Assembly: GCA_946414465.1 (NCBI GenBank)
Contig: CAMKOP010000003.1
Location: forward strand, 15,162 to 79,161
Length of the DNA stretch: 64,000 nt
Reading direction: 5' to 3'
Source of the DNA: an uncultured Candidatus Saccharibacteria bacterium
GTDB lineage: Bacteria > Patescibacteriota > Saccharimonadia > Saccharimonadales > Saccharimonadaceae
A model generated the notes under the pieces. It was not told the origin of the DNA. It did no database searches and saw only the letters and a program-made list of their open reading frames with translations. Shown here piece after piece: positions 9,197 through 17,212 of the stretch; position 1 is the stretch's first letter, and each line of letters opens with the position of its first letter. The position numbers and the translations under genes were made by a program.

Positions 9197-10039
9197 ATGG
9201 ACGAACACAGAGATAGGTCAAGCGGATGGAGACACGCAAAGCTCTCCGGTCACAGCAATGAAGAGTTGGTATGTGAAATGTTGCGTAACGATAAAGCTCA
9301 ACAGGAACGACTCTTAAAAACAATAGGTGATACAGATGCCACAATAGTCAGCTGTGATTATGGCGGATTACATGAGACTAATGTTCCAAGCATCATGGGC
9401 GGAACTACTAAAAATAAGGCAGATTTGACTGTCAGATTAAGCAACGGCAAAAGTGTCGGTATATCCATTAAAAAGAGTCTGGCTGGTCAGGTGTTCCTTA
9501 TTAGGGATGAAAACTTCATGAAAGGTTTTGAGCTACAATATGGCAAAACCATACCTGAAGATGTAAAGCGTGCAATAACTCTATTTTGGGGTTCAGCAAA
9601 GGACACTACATCGGTCATTAATACTTATAGCTCTGACTATACAATTAAGAAATATGAGCTTCATAAGAATAGGCTAACCGCACAGACTCTAAGAAAATAC
9701 GACCCATCGCTTTGCAGTACACTTCTCGATTGGTTTAAGGACAATATTTACGACATTACGGATTACTGTTTCGCAAGAGGCCAGGCGAGAGACAAAGACG
9801 ACAGAGCTACAATCATCTGGTACATTAATCTTCTAGGCGAACATGATGTTGATGAAATGCACCATATCGATACGCTATGCGAAGCCGTTGAGAATAGTAA
9901 AAGCGTAATTCAATATGGAAACAGAGGCGGAGGCACAACAATCACTCTTCCTTTTGGTTTCGTACAATGGCATCAAACACAGATGCAATTCCATCATCAA
10001 TATAAGATGATTGAGCAGCTCAATATCAAGAGCTACTAA
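9197..10039 (+). CDS. Candidate restriction endonuclease (PD-(D/E)XK-like)
   Basis: 280 aa; the KADLTV...GISIKKS spacing resembles a D...(S/E)xK nuclease core. Last gene of the C-controlled operon. Confidence 0.5.
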   Translation: MDEHRDRSSGWRHAKLSGHSNEELVCEMLRNDKAQQERLLKTIGDTDATIVSCDYGGLHETNVPSIMGGTTKNKADLTVRLSNGKSVGISIKKSLAGQVFLIRDENFMKGFELQYGKTIPEDVKRAITLFWGSAKDTTSVINTYSSDYTIKKYELHKNRLTAQTLRKYDPSLCSTLLDWFKDNIYDITDYCFARGQARDKDDRATIIWYINLLGEHDVDEMHHIDTLCEAVENSKSVIQYGNRGGGTTITLPFGFVQWHQTQMQFHHQYKMIEQLNIKSY

Positions 10040-10499
10040 AATAATCGTCGATTATCTTTTGAGCTTCGTCGAAACCTGTAGCAAACTCAGCCTTATATCT
10101 GCATTTTCTTAGCCACTCTAACATAGCTTGTTGCTCTTCAAGGTGTTGGTCTTTCTTTAGAGTTCCGTCTTTTTTGAATGGCGAATTACCTTCAGCTTTA
10201 AGTTCGAGATATAGACCCGCGTATAAATGCTCAACTATTACTTTTGCCATACCAAAATCTTTGCCATGTTTTTCAAATGCCTCAAGGTTTTCTTTTTCTG
10301 TAGGGATTTTGAATACTGGATATGCAATGAATAAGTCCGGATACCCCCTCTTTGGGTGGAGTTTCTTGAACTTAGCAGCTTGTCCTTTAGTTAGCTTTAA
10401 GTCTGCTGCTACATCGAACCGATAAACAACACTAGGATAATGTCTCTGAAGATACTGTGCTATTTTTATATATAATTGATGCTCTCTATCTACTAGCAT
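10026..10499 (-). CDS. VRR-NUC domain nuclease (phage)
   Basis: RGYPDLFIAY ... LYLELKAEG fits the VRR-NUC PD-(D/E)XK pattern. Confidence 0.8.
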   Translation of the reverse strand: MLVDREHQLYIKIAQYLQRHYPSVVYRFDVAADLKLTKGQAAKFKKLHPKRGYPDLFIAYPVFKIPTEKENLEAFEKHGKDFGMAKVIVEHLYAGLYLELKAEGNSPFKKDGTLKKDQHLEEQQAMLEWLRKCRYKAEFATGFDEAQKIIDDYFSSS

Positions 10500-11647
10500 A
10501 ACAACTCCCCAAGAATTGCAACAAGGACATCAACTACGATTGAATTGCCAGCTTGCTTGTATAGTTGTGCATTTGAAATGCCAATAGCTTGTGCCTTTTC
10601 TATATCCGAATCATCGAATCCCATCAATCTCCAACATTCTTTTGGCGTTAGCTTGCGAATACGAACATTAGGAGGTAATGTAGCATAACCAAGGCAATCT
10701 GGCCTCGTTGTTAATGTTGGCATAACTCCGTTATTACTTTCGATATATTTATCAAGAGTGCTTCGTTGCTCGCTCGTAGTATACGAATGATTAATAATCT
10801 CACCACCTTTCACCACGCCATCTTTGACCAGTTTATTGCATAAATTAGTCTTTAGATTCACCTTGATGAAATTATCTGTCGGTCTTTGACCTGGTGCAGT
10901 AGTAATGGAATTAGCTCTATCTTGGTCTTTGCGATTAATATTTGCCAGGAATCGTTCTTTGCGTGGGAACTTGCTTGGCTTCTGGTTTACTCCCATAAAA
11001 TAATTCATCATGTTTTCAGAGATAAAATATTTTTCATCTACTTCGTCTTCAAGCATATCTTTGAGTTTTTTCTTTAACTCTCTTGGTTTTGGAAAATCGA
11101 AGGCATTGAAATTGTTATATTTCCTATCCCAGACATCTTCACGAATACTTACAGTAAATACACGCTCACGGTTTTGCGGAATGCCATAATCTTTCGCATT
11201 TAATACTTGAAATGAACTGACATAGCCAAGTTGTCTCATCGATTCAATGTAGGCATCAAAGTTGTGGCGATGTTTTTTAGAAAGCAGATTTTTAACATTC
11301 TCCCAAATCACAAATTTAGGATGAAGCTTGTCGACGATTCGCAATGTCTCATACATCAAGCTTGAACGAGTACCACTACCTTCATCGCCGCCAGCTTGTC
11401 TGCCAGCGACGGAAAAGTCCTGACATGGCGAGCCGTGCATAATAAGGTCTACATCAACATCTTTATCCCATTTTGTAATATCTTGTGGCTCAAAATTTGT
11501 TCCATGAATGGCATTGAAACTTTTAATCGCATACTTATCAATCTCGACTGCATCAACTATCATATGTGGTATCAGTAAACGGTCTAGGGCTTTCGAGCAA
11601 GCACCAATTCCCGCAAATAATTCAAGGACTTTCAAGTGCTCATTCAT
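10493..11647 (-). CDS. Phage DNA (cytosine-5)-methyltransferase (no cognate nuclease apparent)
   Basis: Motifs LELFAGIGA, GSPCQDFSVAG, ENV, QNRER, GNSIVV. Confidence 0.92.
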   Translation of the reverse strand: MNEHLKVLELFAGIGACSKALDRLLIPHMIVDAVEIDKYAIKSFNAIHGTNFEPQDITKWDKDVDVDLIMHGSPCQDFSVAGRQAGGDEGSGTRSSLMYETLRIVDKLHPKFVIWENVKNLLSKKHRHNFDAYIESMRQLGYVSSFQVLNAKDYGIPQNRERVFTVSIREDVWDRKYNNFNAFDFPKPRELKKKLKDMLEDEVDEKYFISENMMNYFMGVNQKPSKFPRKERFLANINRKDQDRANSITTAPGQRPTDNFIKVNLKTNLCNKLVKDGVVKGGEIINHSYTTSEQRSTLDKYIESNNGVMPTLTTRPDCLGYATLPPNVRIRKLTPKECWRLMGFDDSDIEKAQAIGISNAQLYKQAGNSIVVDVLVAILGELLC

Positions 11648-11922
11648 AATGCCATCCTTGCTTGCTTATAATCTTCGTATCTCGCTTCGATTGTTGCTTC
11701 GCAGGGTTTAATCAGCCCTTCCTCGACAAGCTTTTGGCGAGTTCTACGAATGGTTTCTGGGCTTGATACATGACCGAGATTCCAGAATAAACCTCGACTA
11801 TGTCTCCAGCCTTCTCGCTCCCAAATGATTGATATTAATAGCTTGTCATTATCTGCAGCAAGCGGCTCAGCTTTTACGGCATCAAGTATTTTATGCCTCA
11901 TGTCTAATGTATTAACTTTCAT
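11644..11922 (-). CDS. Phage hypothetical protein
   Basis: ATG at 11922 preceded by GGAGGT. 92 aa. Start trimmed from the ORF track. Confidence 0.5.
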   Translation of the reverse strand: MKVNTLDMRHKILDAVKAEPLAADNDKLLISIIWEREGWRHSRGLFWNLGHVSSPETIRRTRQKLVEEGLIKPCEATIEARYEDYKQARMAL

Positions 11923-12043
11923 ATTTACCTCCATAGAAAGAACCCTTGGACTGCCGGTAAGCAAAGAAATAATGTGGAGTTATTTATTGCAATGGCTAAA
12001 AATTACCGGCAGACTAAGAGACAGAATTTTTCTGTAACGATAT

Positions 12044-12232
12044 TCATTTTCCGTTCGTTATATGCACGATAATTCCGTAACTTCGTTTAATGTCTGCCAT
12101 GATTTCTTTAAGCTCATTCAAATCGTCGACACAATCTATGCCGTAGTCTGCCGTATTCTTAATGATTTCTAATTCATCACGAATATGCTCCCATTGCTCA
12201 TTTGTCATAGCACCCCCAAGCTTGTCGTTCAT
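12044..12232 (-). CDS. Phage hypothetical small acidic protein
   Basis: 62 aa with a GGAGGT RBS 4 nt upstream of the ATG. Confidence 0.5.
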   Translation of the reverse strand: MNDKLGGAMTNEQWEHIRDELEIIKNTADYGIDCVDDLNELKEIMADIKRSYGIIVHITNGK

Positions 12233-12522
12233 TGTTACCTCCTTTGTTATTTGACAGAGCGTTAGCTCTTATCTACCAACGAGCAAAGGTCATTAAGTGT
12301 GTGGGCTTAATAATAATTTCGTTGGTAGGTAAGAACCAAAGCTCGGCTCTCGAACATAGATGGGCTGGCTACATATAAAGAAGAAGCATTCTGAACTTTG
12401 ATAACGAACACATTCACTAGCTCTCCCAGTCGCATACAAGTTACTCGGCAATTTTTGCGACCTTATCAATAGCGCATTGCGCAAGTAACCAGTCCATCAA
12501 TGTTAAAGAGCCGATATTCTGC

Positions 12523-12801
12523 CTAAAACGGAATTTCATCTGGACTCGGAACAGTATCCTCATCTTTGGCAGATTCGCTTCTGTTTAAGCTAAGTTCAAC
12601 TCCTTCGTCATAAAAGATTGAGATAAGCTTTGGCTCACTTGTTGGAGTTGCGTGTAGTTTAATCAGAAGCCTAGATGCATGAGGCGAAGAGAGAAGAACA
12701 CCTACCTCGTGATAACTGTTCTTCTCGACGCCATCTTTTTTGTATGTGCCGTTCTTAACTTTTAATGTTCCGATTTTGCTGAAGACACTTTTTTCTGCCA
12801 T
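12523..12801 (-). CDS. Short SSB-like protein with acidic DEIPF C-terminal tip
   Basis: 92 aa ending ...DEDTVPSPDEIPF, like the conserved SSB C-terminal (D)DDIPF interaction tip. Sits in the recombination module. Confidence 0.5.
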   Translation of the reverse strand: MAEKSVFSKIGTLKVKNGTYKKDGVEKNSYHEVGVLLSSPHASRLLIKLHATPTSEPKLISIFYDEGVELSLNRSESAKDEDTVPSPDEIPF

Positions 12802-12974
12802 AATTCTTCGTATTCCTCCTTTGAATGTCCGTAGACTTTTATCGAATGAGCTATTGCACCTTTTAGACCTGCCAGCCTAGCTCGTTCACGACCGGTCAGA
12901 CCATCGCTACCTATATTTTGTGAAGCAAATCCTCCTTTACCATGTCCTTTGCCTTTATGTGTTCCGTCACTCAT
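12762..12974 (-). CDS. Small Gly/Lys-rich protein, KGG-repeat stress-protein-like
   Basis: GKGHGKGGFASQN... resembles the KGG motif family. Overlaps the next gene by 40 nt. Confidence 0.4.
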   Translation of the reverse strand: MSDGTHKGKGHGKGGFASQNIGSDGLTGRERARLAGLKGAIAHSIKVYGHSKEEYEELWQKKVSSAKSEH

Positions 12975-13765
12975 TAGAAACTCAATCCTTCAATCTTTGA
13001 TGCCAGTTCATCGATTCGCTTGAGACTCGCTTTTTCAAAAGCTCTTGCTTCGGCGAGTCGTTCCTCGACATCATTGCGATTAATATCGAATATTTGAAGT
13101 TCAAGCCCTGGAATAAGGTCGGTGAAGATAATGAAATGTAATGTCTCCAAATCTTCGTTGACCATGAAATATTTCAAGACTTGTGGCTCATACTCTTTTG
13201 GATAATGGTTTTCGTCAAAGCATTTAATAACTTCAGCAGACGAAAGGCATTTAACTTCGCAAGCCTCACGAACTTTGCCATCCTTACCAGTAATTGCACC
13301 ATCTGGACTTACATATGCATTCTCATCATAGTCAGACACCCAAACAACCGATTCTTCATCGACTTTCTTACCGGTCTTTTCCTCGAATGCTGCAATAGCT
13401 TCAGGTTCGAGAATATGACCACGAGCCATCATCGAGAATGGTTCGCCATTGAGTTTGTCTTCGTAATCATTTGGGGTTACAGGGCGAGCGACGCGGTCTG
13501 CAACAATCTCATAAAAGTGTTTCTTTGGCTCAGATTCGAGCTTAAGTTCAGCAAGTTCATTTGGCTCAAGCATTCCTGCAAGCTCTTGAACGGTGCATCG
13601 TTTGTCTTCTGGTGATAATGGATTTTCTCGCTCAAGCCTCTCGATGATTTTCGCTTTAAGTGGGAGACCAGGAATCCAAAGGTCTTTGAACTCAGAGCCA
13701 CCAGATTTTCCTTTGCGAAACTCCAACCATTCTTCTGAGTTTTGTTGTAGTTTAATAACTTTCAT
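12974..13765 (-). CDS. YqaJ-like viral recombinase exonuclease
   Basis: The N-terminus MKVIKLQQNSEEWLEFRKGKSGGSEF matches the YqaJ pattern. RBS GGAGAGG precedes the ATG at 13765. Start trimmed. Confidence 0.8.
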   Translation of the reverse strand: MKVIKLQQNSEEWLEFRKGKSGGSEFKDLWIPGLPLKAKIIERLERENPLSPEDKRCTVQELAGMLEPNELAELKLESEPKKHFYEIVADRVARPVTPNDYEDKLNGEPFSMMARGHILEPEAIAAFEEKTGKKVDEESVVWVSDYDENAYVSPDGAITGKDGKVREACEVKCLSSAEVIKCFDENHYPKEYEPQVLKYFMVNEDLETLHFIIFTDLIPGLELQIFDINRNDVEERLAEARAFEKASLKRIDELASKIEGLSF

Positions 13766-14033
13766 TTCTAATCCTCTCCATTGTTTCTCTACGGATGTCT
13801 GCCAATGCCTCTTCACGAGCAGATGGCTCGAAATAATCCTCAACATATTCATCAACTTTCGGCGTAATATGTTTTTCGACTATTTCGTGTATTGCGTTGT
13901 AAATCATGGTGTTTAATTCTTCGCCGCAATCCGGCATATCCATGACCAAATCTTCGGTGATTTCATCGGAATCCTTAGCACGATGTTCGCCGATTAGGAT
14001 GCAATCTTCTAAAAAGCTTTCTGGAATCGTCAT
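13752..14033 (-). CDS. Phage hypothetical acidic protein
   Basis: 93 aa, coupled into the operon. Confidence 0.45.
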   Translation of the reverse strand: MTIPESFLEDCILIGEHRAKDSDEITEDLVMDMPDCGEELNTMIYNAIHEIVEKHITPKVDEYVEDYFEPSAREEALADIRRETMERIRNESY

Positions 14034-14626
14034 TTTGATAGCTCCTTTTTCATCGCATCCTTTTTAGCTTGGACTGCCTTATCGAGTTGTTGCTCTTTAG
14101 TGAGACTCTGCCAGACTTTCAACAAAGCTTTCATATCCTTAGCCTTTGCGAGTTGGTCGATTGCCTCTGCTTGAGCTTCTTCGGCTTTCTGCTTCTTGAA
14201 ATCCTCAAACTCTTCCATTTCTTCGCCTGATGCGATTTCGCCAGAACCGGCATAGCCTAGAATCGCCAACGCACGACCGATTGCGATTGTCTCGTTCTTT
14301 TCAAAGCCTTTCTCGGCTTTTACTTTGTCGGCATACATAAGCGATGAACCTTCGGCATCTGCTGATTCAAGAGCTTCTTTTGCACTAACTCCAGACTTCA
14401 GAAGGTCATAGAAATCAGTCTTGTCTTTCCAGATATATGCATGATGAGTCAAATCGCCTTTATCGTTGTATGCGAACTTAACCGCAATCTTTGAGCGTGG
14501 GTTCGCAGAACGAAATTCATTCAAACGGTCTGCAACTTTTGCGTAATTGATTTCGAGCGTCTTTACTTGACCATCCTTAGTCTTGTATCGCTTCTCAATC
14601 TTCGTTACTTTAGTAGTCTTAGCCAT
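14030..14626 (-). CDS. Putative single-strand annealing protein (Rad52/Sak-like)
   Basis: Paired with the YqaJ exonuclease. YAKVADRLNEF and ETIAIGRALAILGY resemble Rad52-family motifs. Has a coiled-coil tail. Confidence 0.5.
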   Translation of the reverse strand: MAKTTKVTKIEKRYKTKDGQVKTLEINYAKVADRLNEFRSANPRSKIAVKFAYNDKGDLTHHAYIWKDKTDFYDLLKSGVSAKEALESADAEGSSLMYADKVKAEKGFEKNETIAIGRALAILGYAGSGEIASGEEMEEFEDFKKQKAEEAQAEAIDQLAKAKDMKALLKVWQSLTKEQQLDKAVQAKKDAMKKELSK

Positions 14627-14633
14627 ATGCCTC

Positions 14634-14723
14634 CTAAGCTAGACTGTTCTGTGGCGACAGGATTCTGACCTGAATAGTTTTAGTCTTGCTACCTATCTTT
14701 TTAACTTTGATATTTCTTGCCAT
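14634..14723 (-). CDS. Possible 29-aa basic peptide (not in ORF track)
   Basis: An AAGGAG RBS lies 7 nt before the ATG. Reads MARNIKVKKIGSKTKTIQVRILSPQNSLA*. Confidence 0.3.
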   Translation of the reverse strand: MARNIKVKKIGSKTKTIQVRILSPQNSLA

Positions 14724-14863
14724 TGCATTTCTCCTTTGCAATTAATTTGATATTTACGAAGCTTTAAGTGCCGGAGACCTCGTTAATCTCTGAGCGTCTT
14801 CTCGCCACACTTTCGCCTTCTCAGAGGTGGCAAATATGTTGGGGTTTGTCACCTCAATCAAAG

Positions 14864-14893
14864 AAAAAAGCCGGCTTCGCAATGAAACCGGCT
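14864..14893 (-). terminator. Rho-independent terminator (minus)
   Basis: AGCCGG / CCGGCT stem followed by a T-run on the minus strand. Confidence 0.55.
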
Positions 14894-14901
14894 CTAACAA
14901 C

Positions 14902-14934
14902 AAAAAATCTCGCTAGAATTTCTTCTAACGAGAT
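14902..14934 (-). terminator. Rho-independent terminator downstream of tRNA-Ala (minus)
   Basis: 12-bp stem with one mismatch, loop TTTC (GAAA on the minus strand), then a T-run on the minus strand. Confidence 0.65.
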
Positions 14935-14948
14935 TAAATAAGCTTAAT

Positions 14949-15024
14949 TGGTGGAGTGTGCGAGACTCGAACTCGCCACCTCAGCTATGCCATAGCTGCG
15001 CTCTACCGGATGAGCTAACACCCC
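14949..15024 (-). tRNA. tRNA-Ala (GGC), CCA encoded
   Basis: Manual cloverleaf: acceptor GGGGTGT with G3:U70, anticodon loop AT-GGC-AT, T-loop TTCGAGT. Confidence 0.9.
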
Positions 15025-15059
15025 AATTATATTTGGTCAAATTGTGTAAATTACTTACA

Positions 15060-15103
15060 GGGGTGTGCTGTATAAGCGCTCTAATCAGCTGAGCTAACGC
15101 CCC
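15060..15103 (-). pseudogene. tRNA 5'-fragment (acceptor + D-arm only)
   Basis: GGGGCGTTAGCTCAGCTGATTAGAGCGC resembles the first ~28 nt of the neighbouring tRNA-Ala. No anticodon arm or T arm follows. Confidence 0.4.
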
Positions 15104-15226
15104 ATGTTTTTATTTTAACACATTATATGCTAAAATAAAAGTATGAAGAAATACGATTCGGCATTTTTACCACATTGGCGCTGATTCTGACTGATACAGA
15201 CATTAATTTTGATTTAAGGAGGATTT

Positions 15227-16240
15227 ATGAAAACAATTTTAACTGGTATTCGCGTAAATAGTGAGCTTACGCTTGGAAATTTCCTAGGCGCTTTATTACC
15301 GATGACACGGCTTGCCAATAAATATTCTGATGACCACAATGTAAACATCTTTGTAGCAGATTTACATACAATTATTGCCGAACAGGATGGAGCTTTGCAG
15401 GATAATTTATTAATGCTGATCAAGATGTATCTTGCGGCTGGTTTGAAAGTCAATGAAAATGTACATATCTATCGCCAAAGTTATGTGCCAGCGACTTCGG
15501 AAATGACTTGGATATTAAACTGTGTTGCAACGATGGGTGAACTTGGGCGTATGATTCAGTACAAAGAAAAGGGCAAGGGTGAAGATTCTTGCAACGTTGG
15601 TATCTTTGACTACCCAGTGTTGATGGCGACGGATATTTTGCTGTTTGATACCACCTATATTCCAGTTGGCCAGGATCAATTTCAGCATATTGAACTAACT
15701 CGTGATATTGCTATGCGAGTCAATCATCGTTTTGAAAAGGATATCTTTACAATTCCAGCTAGGACTGCCGAACAGGCAAAGTTTATGGGGACTGATGACG
15801 GCATTAGGATTCGTGATTTAGTTAATCCTGAAAAGAAGATGAGCAAGTCTGCAAAATCGGCTAATTCTAAAATCATGATGACGGATGAGCCTGAAGCTGC
15901 GGCCAAGAAAATCATGTCAGCGACGACTGACTCGTTTGGCGAGATTAAATATGATTTGAAGGAACGTCCTGGGGTTTCGAACTTATTACAAATTGAGGCT
16001 TTGGTAACTAATAAACCTTTGGATAAAGTTGTGAAGGAATGGGAAGGGAAGCCAAATTATGGTGATCTTAAGAAACAAGTTGCAAAGAGTGTCGAAAAGA
16101 TGTTGACCGAGTTCCATGCTAAACTAAATGAAATAGAGGATAAGGAAGTGTTTGCCTTGATGGAAAAAGGCGAAAAATACGCCAATAAAAAAGCGAACGC
16201 AAAATTGTACGAACTACAAAAAGCCTTCCAGTTGCGCTAG
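15227..16240 (+). CDS. trpS: Tryptophan--tRNA ligase
   Basis: Class I aaRS of TrpRS size with a KMSKS motif (KKMSKSAKS) and N-terminal TGIRVNSELTLGN. Confidence 0.93.
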   Translation: MKTILTGIRVNSELTLGNFLGALLPMTRLANKYSDDHNVNIFVADLHTIIAEQDGALQDNLLMLIKMYLAAGLKVNENVHIYRQSYVPATSEMTWILNCVATMGELGRMIQYKEKGKGEDSCNVGIFDYPVLMATDILLFDTTYIPVGQDQFQHIELTRDIAMRVNHRFEKDIFTIPARTAEQAKFMGTDDGIRIRDLVNPEKKMSKSAKSANSKIMMTDEPEAAAKKIMSATTDSFGEIKYDLKERPGVSNLLQIEALVTNKPLDKVVKEWEGKPNYGDLKKQVAKSVEKMLTEFHAKLNEIEDKEVFALMEKGEKYANKKANAKLYELQKAFQLR

Positions 16241-16269
16241 TTGACTTTTTAACATAAGTGTGATATAAT
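16241..16269 (+). promoter_or_regulatory. Copy 1 of a conserved 29-bp promoter element (orphan)
   Basis: TTGACT-17 nt-TATAAT. 26/29 positions are identical across all three copies (16241, 58318, 62118). No plus-strand gene follows, only a terminator. Confidence 0.5.
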
Positions 16270-16294
16270 TAGAGTAGTGTGGAATTTGGCATTA

Positions 16295-16324
16295 AAAATC
16301 TCGGCTTGAAATAGCCGAGATTTT
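16295..16324. terminator. Bidirectional rho-independent terminator
   Basis: AAAATCTCGGCT-tgaaat-AGCCGAGATTTT. Confidence 0.75.
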
Positions 16325-16333
16325 GGGTGGGAG

Positions 16334-17152
16334 TTAACGTAAATCAAGACGATAGTTAGGATTATCCATTAGCTTAACTAGTTCTAATGGGTCGTTGAGA
16401 TCTTCGATGCCGTTATAAAAAGCTAGAATATCATTAGTCTCTTTGATAGAAGAGCGTAATAGATAAAGTATGTTAGATTCACGTGGCCATTTACTCTTGG
16501 CTTCTTTTAAGATTGGCAAAAGTAAAACAGATGTTTCAAGCACGTTTTTTCTGATAGCGCGTTTTGACAAAGCGGTCATCGTAGTATTATTATCCCAGCG
16601 GTCAAACCCTTTGCATTTTAAAGCAATTTTGTTGACGAGCTGATCATCTTCGATGAATTGATGATAATAGCGGAATGCTATTTCGCTTTTTTTCTCGTTG
16701 GGGTAAATTGATGATATGGTGACCATTTTGACTGCAGCTTTGACAGTTGGTCCAACTGGCAAATCTTCAGCTAATTTGGCGACTTCATTTGACGATAATA
16801 CTCTATCGAGTATAGCTGTTTCTTCTATAGCATCATGCAATAGAATTGTTGCAAATAAATCGTCATCAGGTATTTTGAGCGCTTGGAGCCTGCACGCCAT
16901 GGATAGTGGGTGCACAATATAGAGTTCACCGTTTTTGCGTAGGCTATTGCCGTGTTTTTCACACATATAACCTAATGCATCCATACTCTGTTCAAGTCCA
17001 AGGTCATCAAAATATACTTTTAATCTTGTGCGCATCTTCTCTACTTTTAGATCGGATTGTTCCAACTCTTTACGTCTCTGATCGCGTTTTTTTATATCTT
17101 CGATTCCATTTAAATAAATCTCGCGATTTTTTAAAATTGACATTAGACTCAC
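16334..17152 (-). CDS. HD-domain protein, RelA/SpoT-type (p)ppGpp hydrolase-like
   Basis: HGNSLRKNGELYIVHPLSMA ... LLHDAIEET matches the SpoT HD hydrolase motif. Confidence 0.75.
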   Translation of the reverse strand: MSLMSILKNREIYLNGIEDIKKRDQRRKELEQSDLKVEKMRTRLKVYFDDLGLEQSMDALGYMCEKHGNSLRKNGELYIVHPLSMACRLQALKIPDDDLFATILLHDAIEETAILDRVLSSNEVAKLAEDLPVGPTVKAAVKMVTISSIYPNEKKSEIAFRYYHQFIEDDQLVNKIALKCKGFDRWDNNTTMTALSKRAIRKNVLETSVLLLPILKEAKSKWPRESNILYLLRSSIKETNDILAFYNGIEDLNDPLELVKLMDNPNYRLDLR

Positions 17153-17212
17153 CTCCCTCTTAATGTGCTCCCACCGGTGGATTGATTATACCATATATGG
17201 TATAATTTGGGT

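Larger units (their letters stand above)
1..14860 (-). mobile_element. Prophage / phage-derived region (partial, continues left of window)
   Basis: Co-oriented minus-strand block of phage-type genes (SSAP, YqaJ exonuclease, SSB-like, VRR-NUC, MTases, holin-like, CHAP lysin, Tal-like tail protein, tail-collar fibre). It ends beside tRNA-Ala. No integrase or att repeat is seen in the window. Confidence 0.75.

Noticed and set aside
12293-12484. 63-aa ORF in the phage intergenic gap.
   Set aside because: It has no RBS and an implausible composition. The interval is better treated as non-coding (see finding).
14860-15024. tRNA-Ala as the phage att site.
   Set aside because: This is plausible by position, but no duplicate of the tRNA 3' end occurs elsewhere in the window, and the other phage end is off-window. 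Two terminators also separate the tRNA from the phage genes. The att assignment is left open.
15104-15226. T-box leader upstream of trpS.
   Set aside because: Only ~120 nt are available. There is no T-box consensus (AAnnnGGGTGGTACCGCG-like), and no specifier or antiterminator arrangement.
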